A DNA stretch of 63,752 nt, filler included, from Phoronis australis (GCA_002633005.1; 4 parts of 4 records of this genome joined end to end with filler, not necessarily neighbours in it), one strand, 5' to 3'. Counted from the whole stretch's first letter, positions 37,653-56,138 are shown. Numbers and translations: made by a program. Notes: generated by a model from the sequence alone, not told the origin.

Positions 37653-40600
37653 CACTTAGGGACGTGTCAAAACTCCTTTCTCATACTGGTGGGATGCTGT
37701 CAGACAAGCTATTGTATACTTGGGGCAAGGGAATGTGTTCAAACTGATAGTTTAAGTCACATTCTCATCCAAACTGATGGTTTATGTCACATTCTCTTGG
37801 AAGCCAGGTACCGACTTGGCTGAACATTGGTAATGTACTTTTTTCTGGTCTCTGAATTTTTGACTTTTTACTTTCTGTTTTTATGTAAACACGTTTTTTC
37901 CTTTAAGTCCAACGAGGATTTCCTTAAAGAAATTGAGGCTGCAGCTTGATAATGAAAGCTGAAATTCTTTTTTATTTTGCATAATTCTTTTTTGATCGAT
38001 GATGGTCAAGTGTTTAATATAAACACTATCTTCTAATAAGACCTTTAGATTTTTCTAAGAGTGTTGTGTCGTGTGTATTTGGACCCAGCGAGTTATGCTA
38101 GCCTGTCTGATAGTGCCTCATGTCATAACTCAGTATTGCCAGTCATCATGGGATCAAGAGAACTTAGAAATGAATATTTTTGTTGTTTTGGTCGAATTGG
38201 TAATCACCAAGTGAAATTGAAATTGAATTAATGAGCTGTGTGGGTGAGAATAAGAGGCTTACATTGGTAGGTTTGAATCAATCTTTTATTGTTGGTGACT
38301 GATGATGAGGATAGTTTGAACCGTGGTAATAGAAATGGCATGGTTCGTGGTTTGTATTGTTTTGGAATTATGAAGTGAAATTTGAATCGAGTTCCAGAAT
38401 TTTTGGGCTGCCATTTCATAGGTCAACTTTGTACAGATATTGGATTCTGTTTTGGAACAATGTGTGACTTTATGATTCACCATTTGGTATCACAGTGAAT
38501 AATCCTGGGGGCTAGTTGAAGTGCATTTTTGTGGATTTAATCGTAAAGAGTTACCTCAGGTTGGGTGAGAAATATTCTCTATTACTTTTCTCACTAAGAA
38601 GTCTTTGCATTGACTGCGCTTCATTCAAGTCAGATACAAATGGTAAACATCTCAGTCACATGGTTTATGCTCTCACTACCATTTTAACATTAGTTGATGC
38701 TTACCACCTGACAGTTGAGAAATCTCAAGATTACAATTTTTGCATGATGTAGCAAATTTTACTTAGAATAGAAGTGAAAATTTACAAGTGCAAATTGTGT
38801 TTGAAAATAGTTTTCAATGTGGTGTGAAGAAAACATTTTTTTATTAGAAAGGTTTGCATACTGTTTTAATTGAAATTTTATTCGCTACCGAGTGCATGAG
38901 ACTTGGTGGTTTAAGCAAACAGGGAAGTTATAGGGGAGGTAGATTTCAGGGTGGACCTGTTAGCATCGATTTTAACATATCAGTTTTTTTTTGCTGAAGG
39001 TACGCAGTCATGTGACCTGCTGTTGATCAGTAGCCTGTTGAATAAGATTTGAACATGTTTTTAACATTGAACACACCAGTTCTGCTGTGTGATCTGTTTG
39101 ACTATGACTGTCCTTAATTTTCTTGTAGAAATGAACTTTATTTTGTGTCGCATTTGTTCACCGTAACATGGCGCTTACTCATTTCAAATACTGAGATGTG
39201 CCCCCCCCCCCCCCNAGTGCCTTTTGATGTTTATTGCTCCATGTCTGAAAAATAAGACTGTGCCAGTTTTACCCCAGTGTCACTGACATCGCTGTGGTTG
39301 ACAGTTGGGAAGCAACAGGAGGTCTAAAAGACCTCAAGGATTTGTCAGTTACGTTTCTCCCACCAGATGGCGCATTTGTTTGCAAAACTGGGGCAAAATT
39401 GTCATAGTGTTTGTTGTCAGGTCAAAAGTGGATTGATTGCATGTAAGACTTGTTAAGGCGAGTTCATTTTCACGCACAATACATGAATTAAATGTGCGAG
39501 TGTTTAATTGTGAGCTAGCAACTCAATAATAAAATTAAGGCTGTGCAATTTTGCTGTCAGTTGGTCACTTCTGTTTGTTTTCTTGCTTTTGATCATAGTA
39601 AAAATTAAGTATCACATCTCTGATGCTGTTCGTTCATATTCACAAACATAGACTCCTCAAAGTTCTGTTAGAAGACACTTGAACTATGAAATTAATGTGT
39701 TCTCATAATTGTAAGTATGAATCGTATCATAAATGCTGTCAGTGTTAGTCTATGATGCAAGATGTCAGACAAGTGGAAAGTTATTTTAAGTTTCTCAACA
39801 AAAATGGAAGACATTTTTAATACCTTGTTGGTGTGATTTGTAAGTTACGGCTGTGACTAAACAACATTAGAGCTTGCTGTCTAATTGATCTCTGTTCTGG
39901 AAACTCGACCTGAAAATTGATTAATTGCATATGGGGCTTCAAGTGAACCTCAGGTCATTTATTGGTCTGAGACTGAACTTGAACGTTTGAAATCCAATCA
40001 TACAGGGTGATTTGCTAAATTTCTAGACGTCTAATAGATAAGTATTTTAAGATAGAAAAATGTCAATTTTGGGAAATATTTGTGAACTTGAAGAATTTTT
40101 GCCATAGTTTTGTTTTAATGGTGTCCAAAAGGAAGGTGGCAGAGCGTAGTGGATAATGACAATAGGCATGTATTTGTATTAAAAAGTTTCATGGAATGGT
40201 TCATACTTTTTGTAAAGTTATGTCTTGTGTTGTCCTGATAATTAACTGAACAGAAGCTGAGGAAAAACTCCTGATTGGATGAAATCTCTGAATGAATTGG
40301 CTTGAAAAGGTACTGCTCCAGCTTTGTATTTTTGAACATTTTAGTTGGAAACGTATGTTCTAGCGGTAGCATACTCGGATTTCTGAAGTGTATGAAATCA
40401 ATTGCTATGACATGATATTAAATTGTGATCGGCTCTGTGAAATAAGTCATCTGTCATCTAGTTAATACATGCCATGTTTCTTTTGCAAAAAACGCGTCTT
40501 CTCGTTTTTATTGGACATGCTAAAAGCAACTCAGAATTGCTAGTTCACTAAAGGCAGTTTTAATTAGCAAACGCCCCCGGCTTAATGAATGGAAGTGTTG

Positions 40601-43089
40601 AAGCTAATGGTATAATTACTTTGAGTAGTGGTCACATCAGTTATTTGATGTTAGGGAAGAATGGATTATTTATATGAAGGTGACGTTTTCCATTTATGGC
40701 GCTCTCCTGCACCCACAAAAAGTATCTTTCGAACTTCATTTTTTGTATTCGTGTTTACGTTTTAGGCTGTTTTAAAAAGGAACACATTTTCGAAACCACA
40801 ACTGAGTCAAGTCTCGTTGGTCGTGGGAGAAGGGTTTTTGCCCGCTATCCCGCAAAAATCCGTATCTCATCAAATGCACATCGACGCGCTCTTCATCAAT
40901 CACGTTCCCTCTAAATCCCTCGTTTTCCATGCTGTAACTATTTGAGCGAGGAAGCAGGAATCGTTCAGATTTGTTTACAAAACGTTTCGTGTAAACTCAA
41001 TAGCTAATATTGAAAATGAATTCACAAAGCATTCGTCGAATGTCGATCCATCCCCTAATGGGTCATTTTAAGCTTGCACAAGTGGAGTGTCAAGTGGGCG
41101 GTTTTGGGTCACCCTTCCAAAATGTGGCTGCTTCTTATCAAATGCTGGTGGTCAAGTTCTGTTCACATGCCTTGCTATCAGAAAGATTGGACGCCTGATC
41201 CACCGTCGGATCTGCGTTCTTATGGTCCGACACGGGGAACAACTCCAGAACGAAACCATGGTCACATTTTTTACCATACTAAGCTTATGATCTGATTGTT
41301 ATGCGTACTTCAAAATTTCAAATTGCCTCCAGTGCATCTCATTTTTTGAAAATTTTCGGATACAAATATCAGTTGCTGCTCAATGATTTCAATTGCACGC
41401 GCGCTGTCCTTTTGGAATAACCTGTATGAGATAGGAAAACAGGGGCACAGCTTTATTGTGTAAACTCAAACAACGTTCTGTGGGTTGAGTGAGCGGTGGG
41501 CATGGTGACCACAACCGGCGTTTATTATCTCGATTATGACTCGAGATGCTTCAGTTAAATGTTGTAAATAACGAGCTTTTTATGTTCAGCTGATTTAAAT
41601 ACACCGGTTGACCTCATTCGTGATTGACCAATAACGCACCAGATGTCAGAGTTGTTCCCAGACTCTACTACAACCTGGATTCGAGATTAACGTAATATTA
41701 GTCCTTTTGCACTTTTGGAAATGTGCGTTATTAGTTTCATAGCCGAAAAGACGCAGTTTGGAAATTGTTGGATTGGGTAGACGTTTTGACATTATTAGTT
41801 AAAAATCAACAAAATCCGTCGTGTTTTTATGATTTTTAATCGCCAATTCGCACTGCTGTCTGCCGGAGATACCCCGGCTGAAGGCGAAACCGTTGTCTGC
41901 CATTTGAATACGTTTAAAATAATCAGCTATTTAACGCGTTACTGCAGATCTAGTTGGTTCGAATCTGCGCTAAAGCTAAATTTGTAAAATTAATTTTCGT
42001 CGAGAATGTCCCTTTAATGCTAATCAGACTACTCATCATTCGGGAGATAGGACGCCATTGTAAAAATAATTTCCGTCTTTTGCGCATTTGCTCTTCAAAA
42101 ACAATACCCTCGCGTTCTTCTCCAATGTTTGAATTCAAGTGAAACAAAACGCTTGGAATTCCCGTCACGGTCACACTATTTGACCAAACTGTTCGGCAGC
42201 TAAAACTACACCTCCCTTTCGCGGCAACCAACCGTAGTGACTCTGGTCCAAAACAATTACGAAGTCACCTGTCGATTCTAATCTGAGTAAGGTGAGTCTA
42301 ATTTTATGACCGAAAGTGGCCTGAATCAAAACGTAATGTTTTCACAGAAGCACCAGGTTTGTCGTACCGTTAATATCCAACATAAGCTTTAAATCCCTTA
42401 GTCTTTTGAGGTACGCCGGAGTTCTCGACCAATTTAAAAGGGGATGTGACGATGGGCAATTGAAATATTTTCTCTACCGGGGATTTTTTTCAACCATTTT
42501 CTTTGAATGTTTTGATCACACATTCATTAGTGTTTGACGACATTTATATCCTCTTGCATAAGAATGTTGACTAAATCGAATATAACGTGTTAGTTTTTCG
42601 TTTCAAAAAAGTTTAATACGTGAACTTAGCGGCATGATGCTTCGGCATAGACTCAGTTTTGTTGTATGTTGCACAGGTGCTCGAGATAAAGGATTTCTAA
42701 AAAATCCAACCCCTTCCCATTTATTACTGCTACTGCCATGTATAATATCAAGTATTCGAAAAGTATTACGTGCATATTTAATCACTTTTCCTAATATTTC
42801 CATGTTCACAAATAATTTTACAAAATTTGGGATCGTTACAAAGAACGATTTTTCATCGATAAAATTGCGTTTGCCCTGTCGTTAAAATCATAACTTATCA
42901 AAAGTGTTAGGGTCGAACACCATAAATTAAGACTGACGTCAAATTCAAGTGCACGTGAAGTTGTCCATGATTTAGTCACATTCTGGTAATGGACACTAGG
43001 TCCGTCATGGTGCAAGGTGCCCAAACTGACAATGTTGAAAACGGGTTTGAGTAATTTGTATAGACCAAAAACATTGTTCGCTCACTGCT

Positions 43090-43300
43090 TCTCGGATTAC
43101 ATGTAGGTTGTACAGACCTTTGCCATGAACCAAAGTGTTATCAGCAGGCTTGTGAAACTACAGCAAGAGAATGGCGAAATACATTGTAAACGATGGAGTG
43201 AGAAGAGGCAGACATACAGATGCAGACCAAGTTACAGATCGACGATCATTTGGTTCTTTGTTACAAGCTGGCGATTTGCTAAGACAACCACGTTTCACTG
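43090..43300 (+). mobile_element. Degenerate Tc1/mariner transposase N-terminal HTH remnant
   Basis: VVQTFAMNQSVISRLVKLQQENGEIHCKRWS resembles the Tc1 QSVISRL...ETG...RSGRP pattern. Confidence 0.45.
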
Positions 43301-45007
43301 GAGGTCAGTAAATTTTATTGCATGCCTTAGCTAAGAAATTGATTGGTTCTACTTCGCAATTTTTTATTCAAATTCATTTTTTTCGGAAAAGGTGAATGAA
43401 AAATCGAAGACTATGATTACAGCTGTTTTATGAAAATCCAAAATTCAGCGTGAATGCTCCCCTTGAGATTACGGTAACTTCCAGTGCCAATCGCATTCGT
43501 GCGTAACTTTCAAATACACGTTCTACGCTTTAGTCATTGTTCTCGAAAACGCTTCTAGTACTTGTATTTAAAATGTTTTACAGTCGTAGGAGGGGTATTA
43601 AAATGATTTTTATGGAAAAATCAAAAGCTGCTTAAAACAAAAACAAAATGATGTTTTAGACATCTGTAAAAGGGTTTCTGAGAATTCATTTTGATCAAAC
43701 TGGAGATTTGGTCGTGGTATTGATGCCGTAAGATGTACTCTGTATGTACCTAAGGAAGGCTTCTTTTTAATATTTTTTATAAAAAGGCATATTCATATAA
43801 CTCAATTAATGACAGATTGGTATAAAGTTAAAGTCTGCAGGTTTTCTACTTTCATAGAACGTATACTTTTGTAGCGTAAATTTCAACAGATTGGCTAAAC
43901 GCACAGCCGTGGCGATTAAGTCCTGTGTTACCTAAACACGCGAACCGGTTTACAAATCCTTGAGTCGTGTTAAAAAGTGCGTGATCTGAGGCAGTGCCGA
44001 ATACTTACGTTATTTCTGATCCATTCGTTCACAGGATTGTTGCATAGTTAGTAATGTGGACTCCCCTGTGTACGCATGGGCCTGAAGCGAAACTATAACG
44101 AAATTTGCCTGTTGTATCGCGAGTCTCGAAACAGAAAGCAACCGCGGAGTATCGATTTTAGTTCTACAAAACAGAGCATTTAATAACATTTTCCGTGTTT
44201 CCTTCTGTTGCCTAGGTTACTAAAATGAAACGCTTTCTGCTTAGAAAGATGGTCCATGCATGATTTCGTTACAATATATATCAAGCAATTACAGCAAAGA
44301 AGCAACAAGACAATGGCTATTTTTCAATTAATTCTGTGACTCCTAAATTAATTCTTTTATAAACGTGCCATTAGTTGTATTAGATGGTGATTGTTCGTTT
44401 GCGTTTTAGCGTAGCCATAAGATTAATGTTACGTGCAGCATACGGCATATACAACCAAAACTGAGTTTAGAAATAGCGTTTTAAAAACAGTATATGTAAG
44501 TCAAACTTGGCTACACTTGAGTCGAATTTGTTTGCTTCTGGTCGGTAAACATTGGAACACCGACGGATTAAGACCTGTCTATATCGTATGCGACAATCGG
44601 AGTGCCGGTGTAGACAGTGGTCCAACGGTCGTATACGACTTCCCTTTATAGTCGGTGGGCCAGATCTCATAGCGTTCACCCTTGTGAGTACTTTGGGGGG
44701 GCAACCTAGTTTTTTCTATGTGGCTAGATAATATACCCATAAATCAAATTCCAAAAAGTTCCCACGTCTACACTTGCACATTTTTTTTAAAAAAGGTGTT
44801 TTTGTTGCACAAAATATGTTGCACATTCCTGCCACTTGATGGCGCTTTTCTATTGAATTGACCAATCAGAGAGCCAGATTGTATTGTTGTGCTTAGTTAC
44901 TTCAATATGGCTGCTCCCATGGAGTGTGATGCCTGTATAATTCAAGGTTTATCAAACAGCACAAAATTGTGATGTCAGAGCCTAAAGAAGCTTAGGAAAG
45001 CTTCCTG

Positions 45008-45107
45008 NNNNNNNNNNNNNNNNNNNNNNNNNNNNNNNNNNNNNNNNNNNNTTAATTAATTAANNNNNNNNNNNNNNNNNNNNNNNNNNNNNNNNNNNNN
45101 NNNNNNN
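45008..45107. other. Assembly gap linker
   Basis: N44-TTAATTAATTAA-N44. Confidence 0.97.
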
Positions 45108-45119
45108 CCTAGTGGCAAT

Positions 45120-45645
45120 TTTAGTTTTTATGCGCCCACACATTTATATGTGGACGCATTATGCTGTCATCTCTGTCCGTCCGTCTGTCCGGGCGGCGTC
45201 CGGCATCCGGTGTCCGGCGTCCGCTGTTCTATCTCCAAAACCCTTTGACATACGTTCATGAAATTTGAAACATATGTTCCATTCATGAACGGGACGGCAT
45301 GTGCGAACTTTCGGACGGATCCGAATACCGGTTTGCCCCCTAGTGGCAATTTTAGTTTTTTACGCTTACCTTTGTATCTTCAAAAGTCCTGAACGGATTT
45401 TCATGAAATTTGGTATGTAGGCACCTATTAGTGAGATTACGCTATCCTCCCGTTTTCAGATGGATTTGACATAGTTTGCGCCACCCAGTGGCCATTTTTA
45501 GTGTTTTCGAGTCTGTTTTTGTGCGTCCACCCCTCTATCAACCAAACCGGTCAAAGAATGATTGTGAAAATTGGCATGTATATGCTTACTATTTAGAGGA
45601 CGGTTGAGGATGATTTTCCGACGATTTCGAGTATTTGGCAATTCC
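45120..45645 (+). mobile_element. Helentron-associated (HINE/DINE-1-like) element, 5' part
   Basis: T-run, hairpin TGCGCCCACA...TGTGGACGCA, (GTCC)n-like microsatellite, then repeat units homologous to 28100-29545. Inverted remnant at ~57160-57330. Confidence 0.65.
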
Positions 45646-45789
45646 GATTTTCTAGTTGGCCAGCATTTTGCATTTTATATTTTAGGGTCAGGCAATTAGA
45701 CACAATTATAGTTACTCCCTGTCCAATAGTGTCATGTATAGCTGCTCTGGTCAACTAGACCTGCTAGTTGGGATAGTAAGGAATACTTC

Positions 45790-46193
45790 TGACCATGGTT
45801 AACTATGGTCGAAAGCATAGTTAACCATGGGTGCCTCTTTATAGACCAAGGCAACAATGGTTAACTATGGTTTGGCCATGGTTGACTATGGTTTGGCCAT
45901 GGTTGACCATGGTCAGATGCCAGTCAACCATGGTTGTCCATTTTTAAAATGGGCAACCATGGTTGACCGTGATTTGACAGTGGTTTGGCCATGGTTGACC
46001 ATGGTGAGAAGCATAGTCAACCATGGTTGACAATTTGTGGAAAAAACAACCATGGTTGACGATGGTTTGACCGTGGTTGACTGTGGTCAGAAGCATGGTC
46101 AAGCACGGTCAACCTTGGTTTAACCATGGTTGAACCATGGTTGACTGTGCTTTACCGTGCTTAACCATGGTCAACCATGGTAACATTTCGCAG

Positions 46194-46195
<2 letters not shown>
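45790..46195. repeat. Array of palindromic (A/G)ACCATGGT(T/C) motifs, probably transposon subterminal sequence
   Basis: Many variants of AACCATGGTT/GACCATGGTC in both orientations; ends TTTCGCAGGG against the Cys-rich exon. Confidence 0.75.
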
Positions 46196-51669
<5,474 letters not shown>

Positions 51670-51738
51670 GTATGTCATTTTGTAGTTTTCTTGACACTTT
51701 GGGGAAAGTTAATTTAATTTCTCTCTAGGCAACCACCT

Positions 51739-52502
51739 TGTCAGAATATAGTCTGACAGTATTTTTAGTTGTATTGTTTTGTTTTGTTATTCTGTTTGAT
51801 TGGCATGACCCCTGAGTTAAGTACAGTGATGATGTAACTTGTTTAATACAAAATAGTGTGGAACTTTCTAGAAGACTGAGGTCAGAACAGTGATGATGTA
51901 ATTTGTTTACTACAGTATAGTGTGGAACTTTCTAGAAGACTCTAGCATGACAGTGATTAATGCAGTCTGGAATATTCTAGAGACTAGCGCATGTTTGTAG
52001 AATGATTGGGTAGGTTCCAGAAAGTTCTGGTATGTGCTTGAGTTGATGAAAAGTTCCAGAACAATGCATTAGGCTATAAATACACAAGCACGGGTTTGTG
52101 TTAGTCAGATTAAGTGAGTTGAGTCCAAGAAGATCAAGTCGAGAGATCAAGTAAGTTCAAGCAAGTTAATCAGGAGAACTACAGTTGAGTTGCAGTGAAG
52201 AGAATCAGCAGTTACAGCGATAGTCAATAGAGAGCCAGCTATAGAGACAGCAGGTTATTGAATCGAGTGTAATAGTTGCTGGAAGTATTTCAGAAGTTCA
52301 ACACAAGTCAAGGCTTCGCAGCACTGGCTGGAGCATAAACAGACATTACGTCGGACGTTTTGTTTGAGTAGGCTTGTGAACGTACGGTCGGGATTAATAA
52401 AGGATTAACTCGAACCAGTCTTCAGTCAATCTTCGCACCGAAAGCTATTAGCACCGGTCTGTAACAACCTGCGCCCACCCACACACGGGGAAAAACGTGA
52501 CA
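51739..52502 (+). mobile_element. 5' LTR of a Gypsy retrotransposon
   Basis: TGTCA...TGACA termini, TATAAATA 52075-52082, AATAAA ~52396, followed directly by PBS and gag. Left boundary inferred because no second LTR is visible. Confidence 0.75.
51860..52082 (+). promoter_or_regulatory. Heat-shock element cluster plus TATA box in the LTR U3
   Basis: GAA-CT-TTC-TA-GAA (51861, 51925), GAA-TA-TTC-TA-GAG (51970), TTC-CA-GAA-AG-TTC (52015), TTC-CA-GAA (52054), then TATAAATA. Confidence 0.65.
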
Positions 52503-52504
52503 AT

Positions 52505-52522
52505 TGGCGAGCACGCCAGGAG
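52505..52522 (+). promoter_or_regulatory. Primer binding site, probably tRNA-Arg
   Basis: TGGCGAGCACGCCAGGAG 2 nt after the LTR; complementary to a ...CTCCTGGC-NN-GCTCGCCA tRNA-Arg(ACG)-type 3' end. Confidence 0.7.
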
Positions 52523-52577
52523 CTTACTGACGGTAACAAGGTGTGATAAAGTGGACTGTTGGAATTAGCGACTCACT

Positions 52578-53400
52578 ATGGAGACAAGATCTCAACTAAG
52601 AGAGTTGATGGCCCTCGGACAAGAAATGGGTCTGGAGGGAGACGATCTCAGACAGTTTGTTGAAAAACAACAAGCTGAAGTGCGTGTTCAGGCTGAGGCT
52701 GAGGAGAGAAGGCAAGCCCGCGAAGCCGAACAGCAGATGGAGAGAGAAAGAATGGAACACGAGAGGGCGCTAGCAGCACTGAAAGCTGAACAGGTTGCAG
52801 CGGAGGGTAGCCATGTTAGATCAATTGGTGGTGTAAAGCCGAAGCTACCTAAGTTTGACGAAAAGGAGGACGATATGGACAACTTCCTGGAAAGGTTTGA
52901 AAGATACGCAGAGAGCAGGGTTGGACACAGAGTGAATGGGCAATTAGTCTCAGTCCCCTGTTAACAGGTAAGGGCCTGCAGGTTTATACTAGCCTTCCTA
53001 TGGCTGATGCACTGGACTATGCTACACTCAAAAGAGCCTTGTTAAGGCGCTATGAGCTGACCGTGGAGGGCTTTTGCAGACAGTTCCGGGAAGAGAGGGC
53101 TGAAAGGGGTGAGACGACTTATCAGTTTGTTGCCCGCATACAGCGCTACCTGGACAGGTGGATCGACATGTCCGACTGTGGCAAAGACTTTGCCGAGTTG
53201 AGAGACCTGTTAGTGCGTGAGCAGTACGTTAACACCTGTACTAAAGACTTGGCCTTGTTCCTGCGAGAGCGGACACCCAAGACTGTTCCAGAGATGGTGG
53301 GCTTAGCAGAGAGGTATATTGAGGCCCATGGAGTGGATATAACGAGCACTCAGTCAAAGAAATCCCAAGAACGACCAGTCAAGACAGACAACCAGAGAGT
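52578..53400 (+). mobile_element. Gypsy (Gmr1-like) gag with SCAN-like capsid C-terminal domain; frameshifted, cut by gap
   Basis: Coiled coil, KLPKFDEKEDDMDNFLERFERYA, 1-nt frameshift ~52920, WAISLSPLLTGK, DYATLKRALLRRYELT, LVREQY...FLRERTPKT. Confidence 0.88.
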
Positions 53401-53500
53401 NNNNNNNNNNNNNNNNNNNNNNNNNNNNNNNNNNNNNNNNNNNNTTAATTAATTAANNNNNNNNNNNNNNNNNNNNNNNNNNNNNNNNNNNNNNNNNNNN
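53401..53500. other. Assembly gap linker
   Basis: N44-TTAATTAATTAA-N44. Confidence 0.97.
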
Positions 53501-55034
53501 TGGTGGCTGTTTGGGGAAAATAATCCAAGCCACTGATGGTCAACATTGAAATCTTCTGTCACTTTTTACTAGCGTTTTTGTTTTATGTTCAGTTTGAGAC
53601 TCGTAAAGCATACTTTTTACATGATTTATTCTCTTGAAACTACTGAGATTTTTATGGGAGTGATTACACTGTATCTAGTTTTGAGAAACGTCTATCTTAG
53701 ACTTGTGTACTGAGCAAAATAAAAGACTTTGTGTTTCAGTAGCTCTTGTTTACTTCAAACAGAATGCAGTTTTTTGAAGTGTTGTGTAGAAATGCATCAT
53801 ACACTAAACCTAGCATACCTTCAAGAAACTGTGGTTTTGAGTCCGCCGCATGACCGGAATTTACATATTGTGAAACTTTTAGCTGGTAAGTCGCAACAAC
53901 ACCCAATTGCTTAAATACTGGTTTGGAAAGCCGGTATCTTGGATATCACTGAAAGTATTCTGCTTTCAATCGTAAATATCTGTACCTGTTATTTTTCTGA
54001 AATTGCAAATTCCACTGGCTCACTGCCACCATGCTCGGCCGCTTTTGTGTAGTACAAGAAGCATTGCGTGACACTTTGTATGTCCAATAACACGACACTT
54101 CTCCTCGTATCCACCGTCCTCTTTTCACGTGTGATCTCGAAGATCTTGATTAGTTTTAGTATGAACTTTGCTATTAGTTTTAGAGGTCTTTTTCATGCGC
54201 ATATACAGGGATTTGTCCAGGAGGTCTGAAAATGGACCAGCATGCACTGCAGGCAGTGCGTGGGATTCTTAGTCAGTTACGCTGTTTGAAAACTGGCCAA
54301 GCAATGGGTAATGGGCACCCTTAATAAGAATAAAAAGTGCTTCTCTTAAGTATGTATTATTAACTCATAAGTACATTAAAATTGACTTTTTTGATTTCTG
54401 TAATCCTATAACAAATTTTTATTTTTGCACCAGCAAAACTGAAAATCCGCGAAGAAAAAATCTCTCATACAGCTTCCCATGATCTCCTTCGTCACTAATG
54501 TAGCAAAACGAATGACATTTGTTCTATTTGGCATCTTGGTCGATATATAATTGCACAATCGAGTAGCGCCTCCTAGAGTCTTTTAAACAAACTGACAGTC
54601 ACAGATTGGCAGAAAAGTGCGTGAGTTATGTAAAAAACTGACAGCACAAAAACTATGAAAGAGACATGATTTTTTATTCTTGCGTTGGGCTGAAGAAAGA
54701 CAGCAGTAACAGATGGAAGTTAACTCATGTTCCAAAAGAATCCGATATAGATTTGGGAGAGTGATAAAAATGCGTAAAAATGGCCTTAATAATAAGCAGT
54801 GCAAATGATATTTTTGTAGGCTAAAATGGGAGGACATAAAAAATCAAAAAATCCATCCGAAATAGTTTTTCTTGTACTTATTCTTTCTTCTTTCTGCTAT
54901 ATAGTTATTTTTTTCTATAGCGTGAAGCGATGATGTGTTGTTGCTGACAAAAAGTTACCTACTTCCAAGTACTATTTTTTTGCTATTTTTCGGAAAAAGT
55001 ACAAAGTGGTCGTAAAAAGGGTTAAAAAACTCGG

Positions 55035-55157
55035 ACACTCTTAAAAATTCAGGCTCAGGTTTCTTTTGACAAGGCCAGCTGATGTGCTAAGTTTCAAAAA
55101 AAAAATTGGTGATTTTGCGTATATAGCCCACCATCTGGTTTTTATATGGAATTGCTC
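55035..55157. mobile_element. Sola3-like terminus
   Basis: ...CTGGTTTTTATATGGAATTGCTC|TTAA resembles the terminus at 22360. Confidence 0.45.
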
Positions 55158-55417
55158 TTAACGGCTGGAACTATTGCGCCGTGACTAAGCAACTTGGCTG
55201 TCAGTTCTCAAGTCTAGAAATCACTTCTAACCTGAGTAACTAAGCAACACCTGAAATTGATTTCAAAACACGAGGTGTCCTAAGTCAAAAGTTGTTTGTT
55301 GATAGATGGCACGGATTTATTGCTTCTGTAAGAATAGATTTATTGTTACTCTCATTCAAAACTCAGAATGTCATTGATACGATTCCATTTCTTGTTTCTT
55401 CCATGTCCTTTCCTTTT

Positions 55418-55560
55418 TCAGTTTCCTTTCCCGTTTCCTTTTCCATTTCCGTTTCCTTTTCCGTTTCCTTTGTTTCCCTTCTGCTTTCTGGCATATCGCC
55501 TCCTCTCTTGGTCAATCCAGCTTCTCAAGGTGGTGACACGTGCGTACACGCCAGGGTTAC
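55418..55560 (-). CDS. Trypsin-like serine protease, last coding exon
   Basis: GNPGVYARVTTLRSWIDQERRRYARKQKGNKGNGKGNGNGKGNGKGN-TGA; AATAAA signals at 55339-55344 and 55317-55322 on the - strand. Confidence 0.88.
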
Positions 55561-55811
55561 CTATAAAATGTTACCGTTACTGGAGTATCATAAAATGAGT
55601 ACAATTTAATGAGCATACTCACAGTAAATCTGAGCCTGATTTTACTTTGACTGAAATGAGTTCTCCATATCTCCCTCTGTTTGCCAACTAGAGCAACACT
55701 AGTCATTGATATTCATTATCGCAAAGTCACCCTGCTTGATTACATTAAAAAAATTCCACAAGAAGCAACAATGAACGCAAAGATTGGCGTCTCGCGACAG
55801 AACTCGGTCAC

Positions 55812-55885
55812 CAGATGGTCTGTGAGTTATACGGACGGCTCTAAGTTGGAAAATGATCAAACTGGTACTGGAATCTATTTTCACA
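55812..55885 (+). mobile_element. RNase H fragment of a non-LTR retrotransposon
   Basis: SYTDGSKLENDQTGTGIYF matches the RNase HI YTDGSK...G-x-G motif. Confidence 0.55.
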
Positions 55886-56138
55886 GTCTTTCTGTCCGAG
55901 CGTGCACACTACACGGACACATACTACTCCATACGACAAATATTACGGATTAGACACCCAAATGTGTGTAACTGAGCAAGCGTGCAGCTGGTAATCATTT
56001 CCGCCTTGTCTGCAGGTGTGCGTCCACACCGCCACGGCTTGCGCTGGGACAAGTTACCCTATAGCAAGTTACACTTCATCGATAAGGAATATAAGTTGAC
56101 GACCATTACTATTGCTTAATAGCAATTAACAAGTGTTT

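Noticed and set aside
55418-55420. TGA as selenocysteine
   Set aside because: It replaces Gly in a low-complexity repeat, and the sequence before the poly(A) signals is short with no SECIS-like hairpin that I could see.
55292-55609. Plus-strand FPFPFP / SFSVSF ORFs
   Set aside because: Antisense of the trypsin GNGK tail exon.
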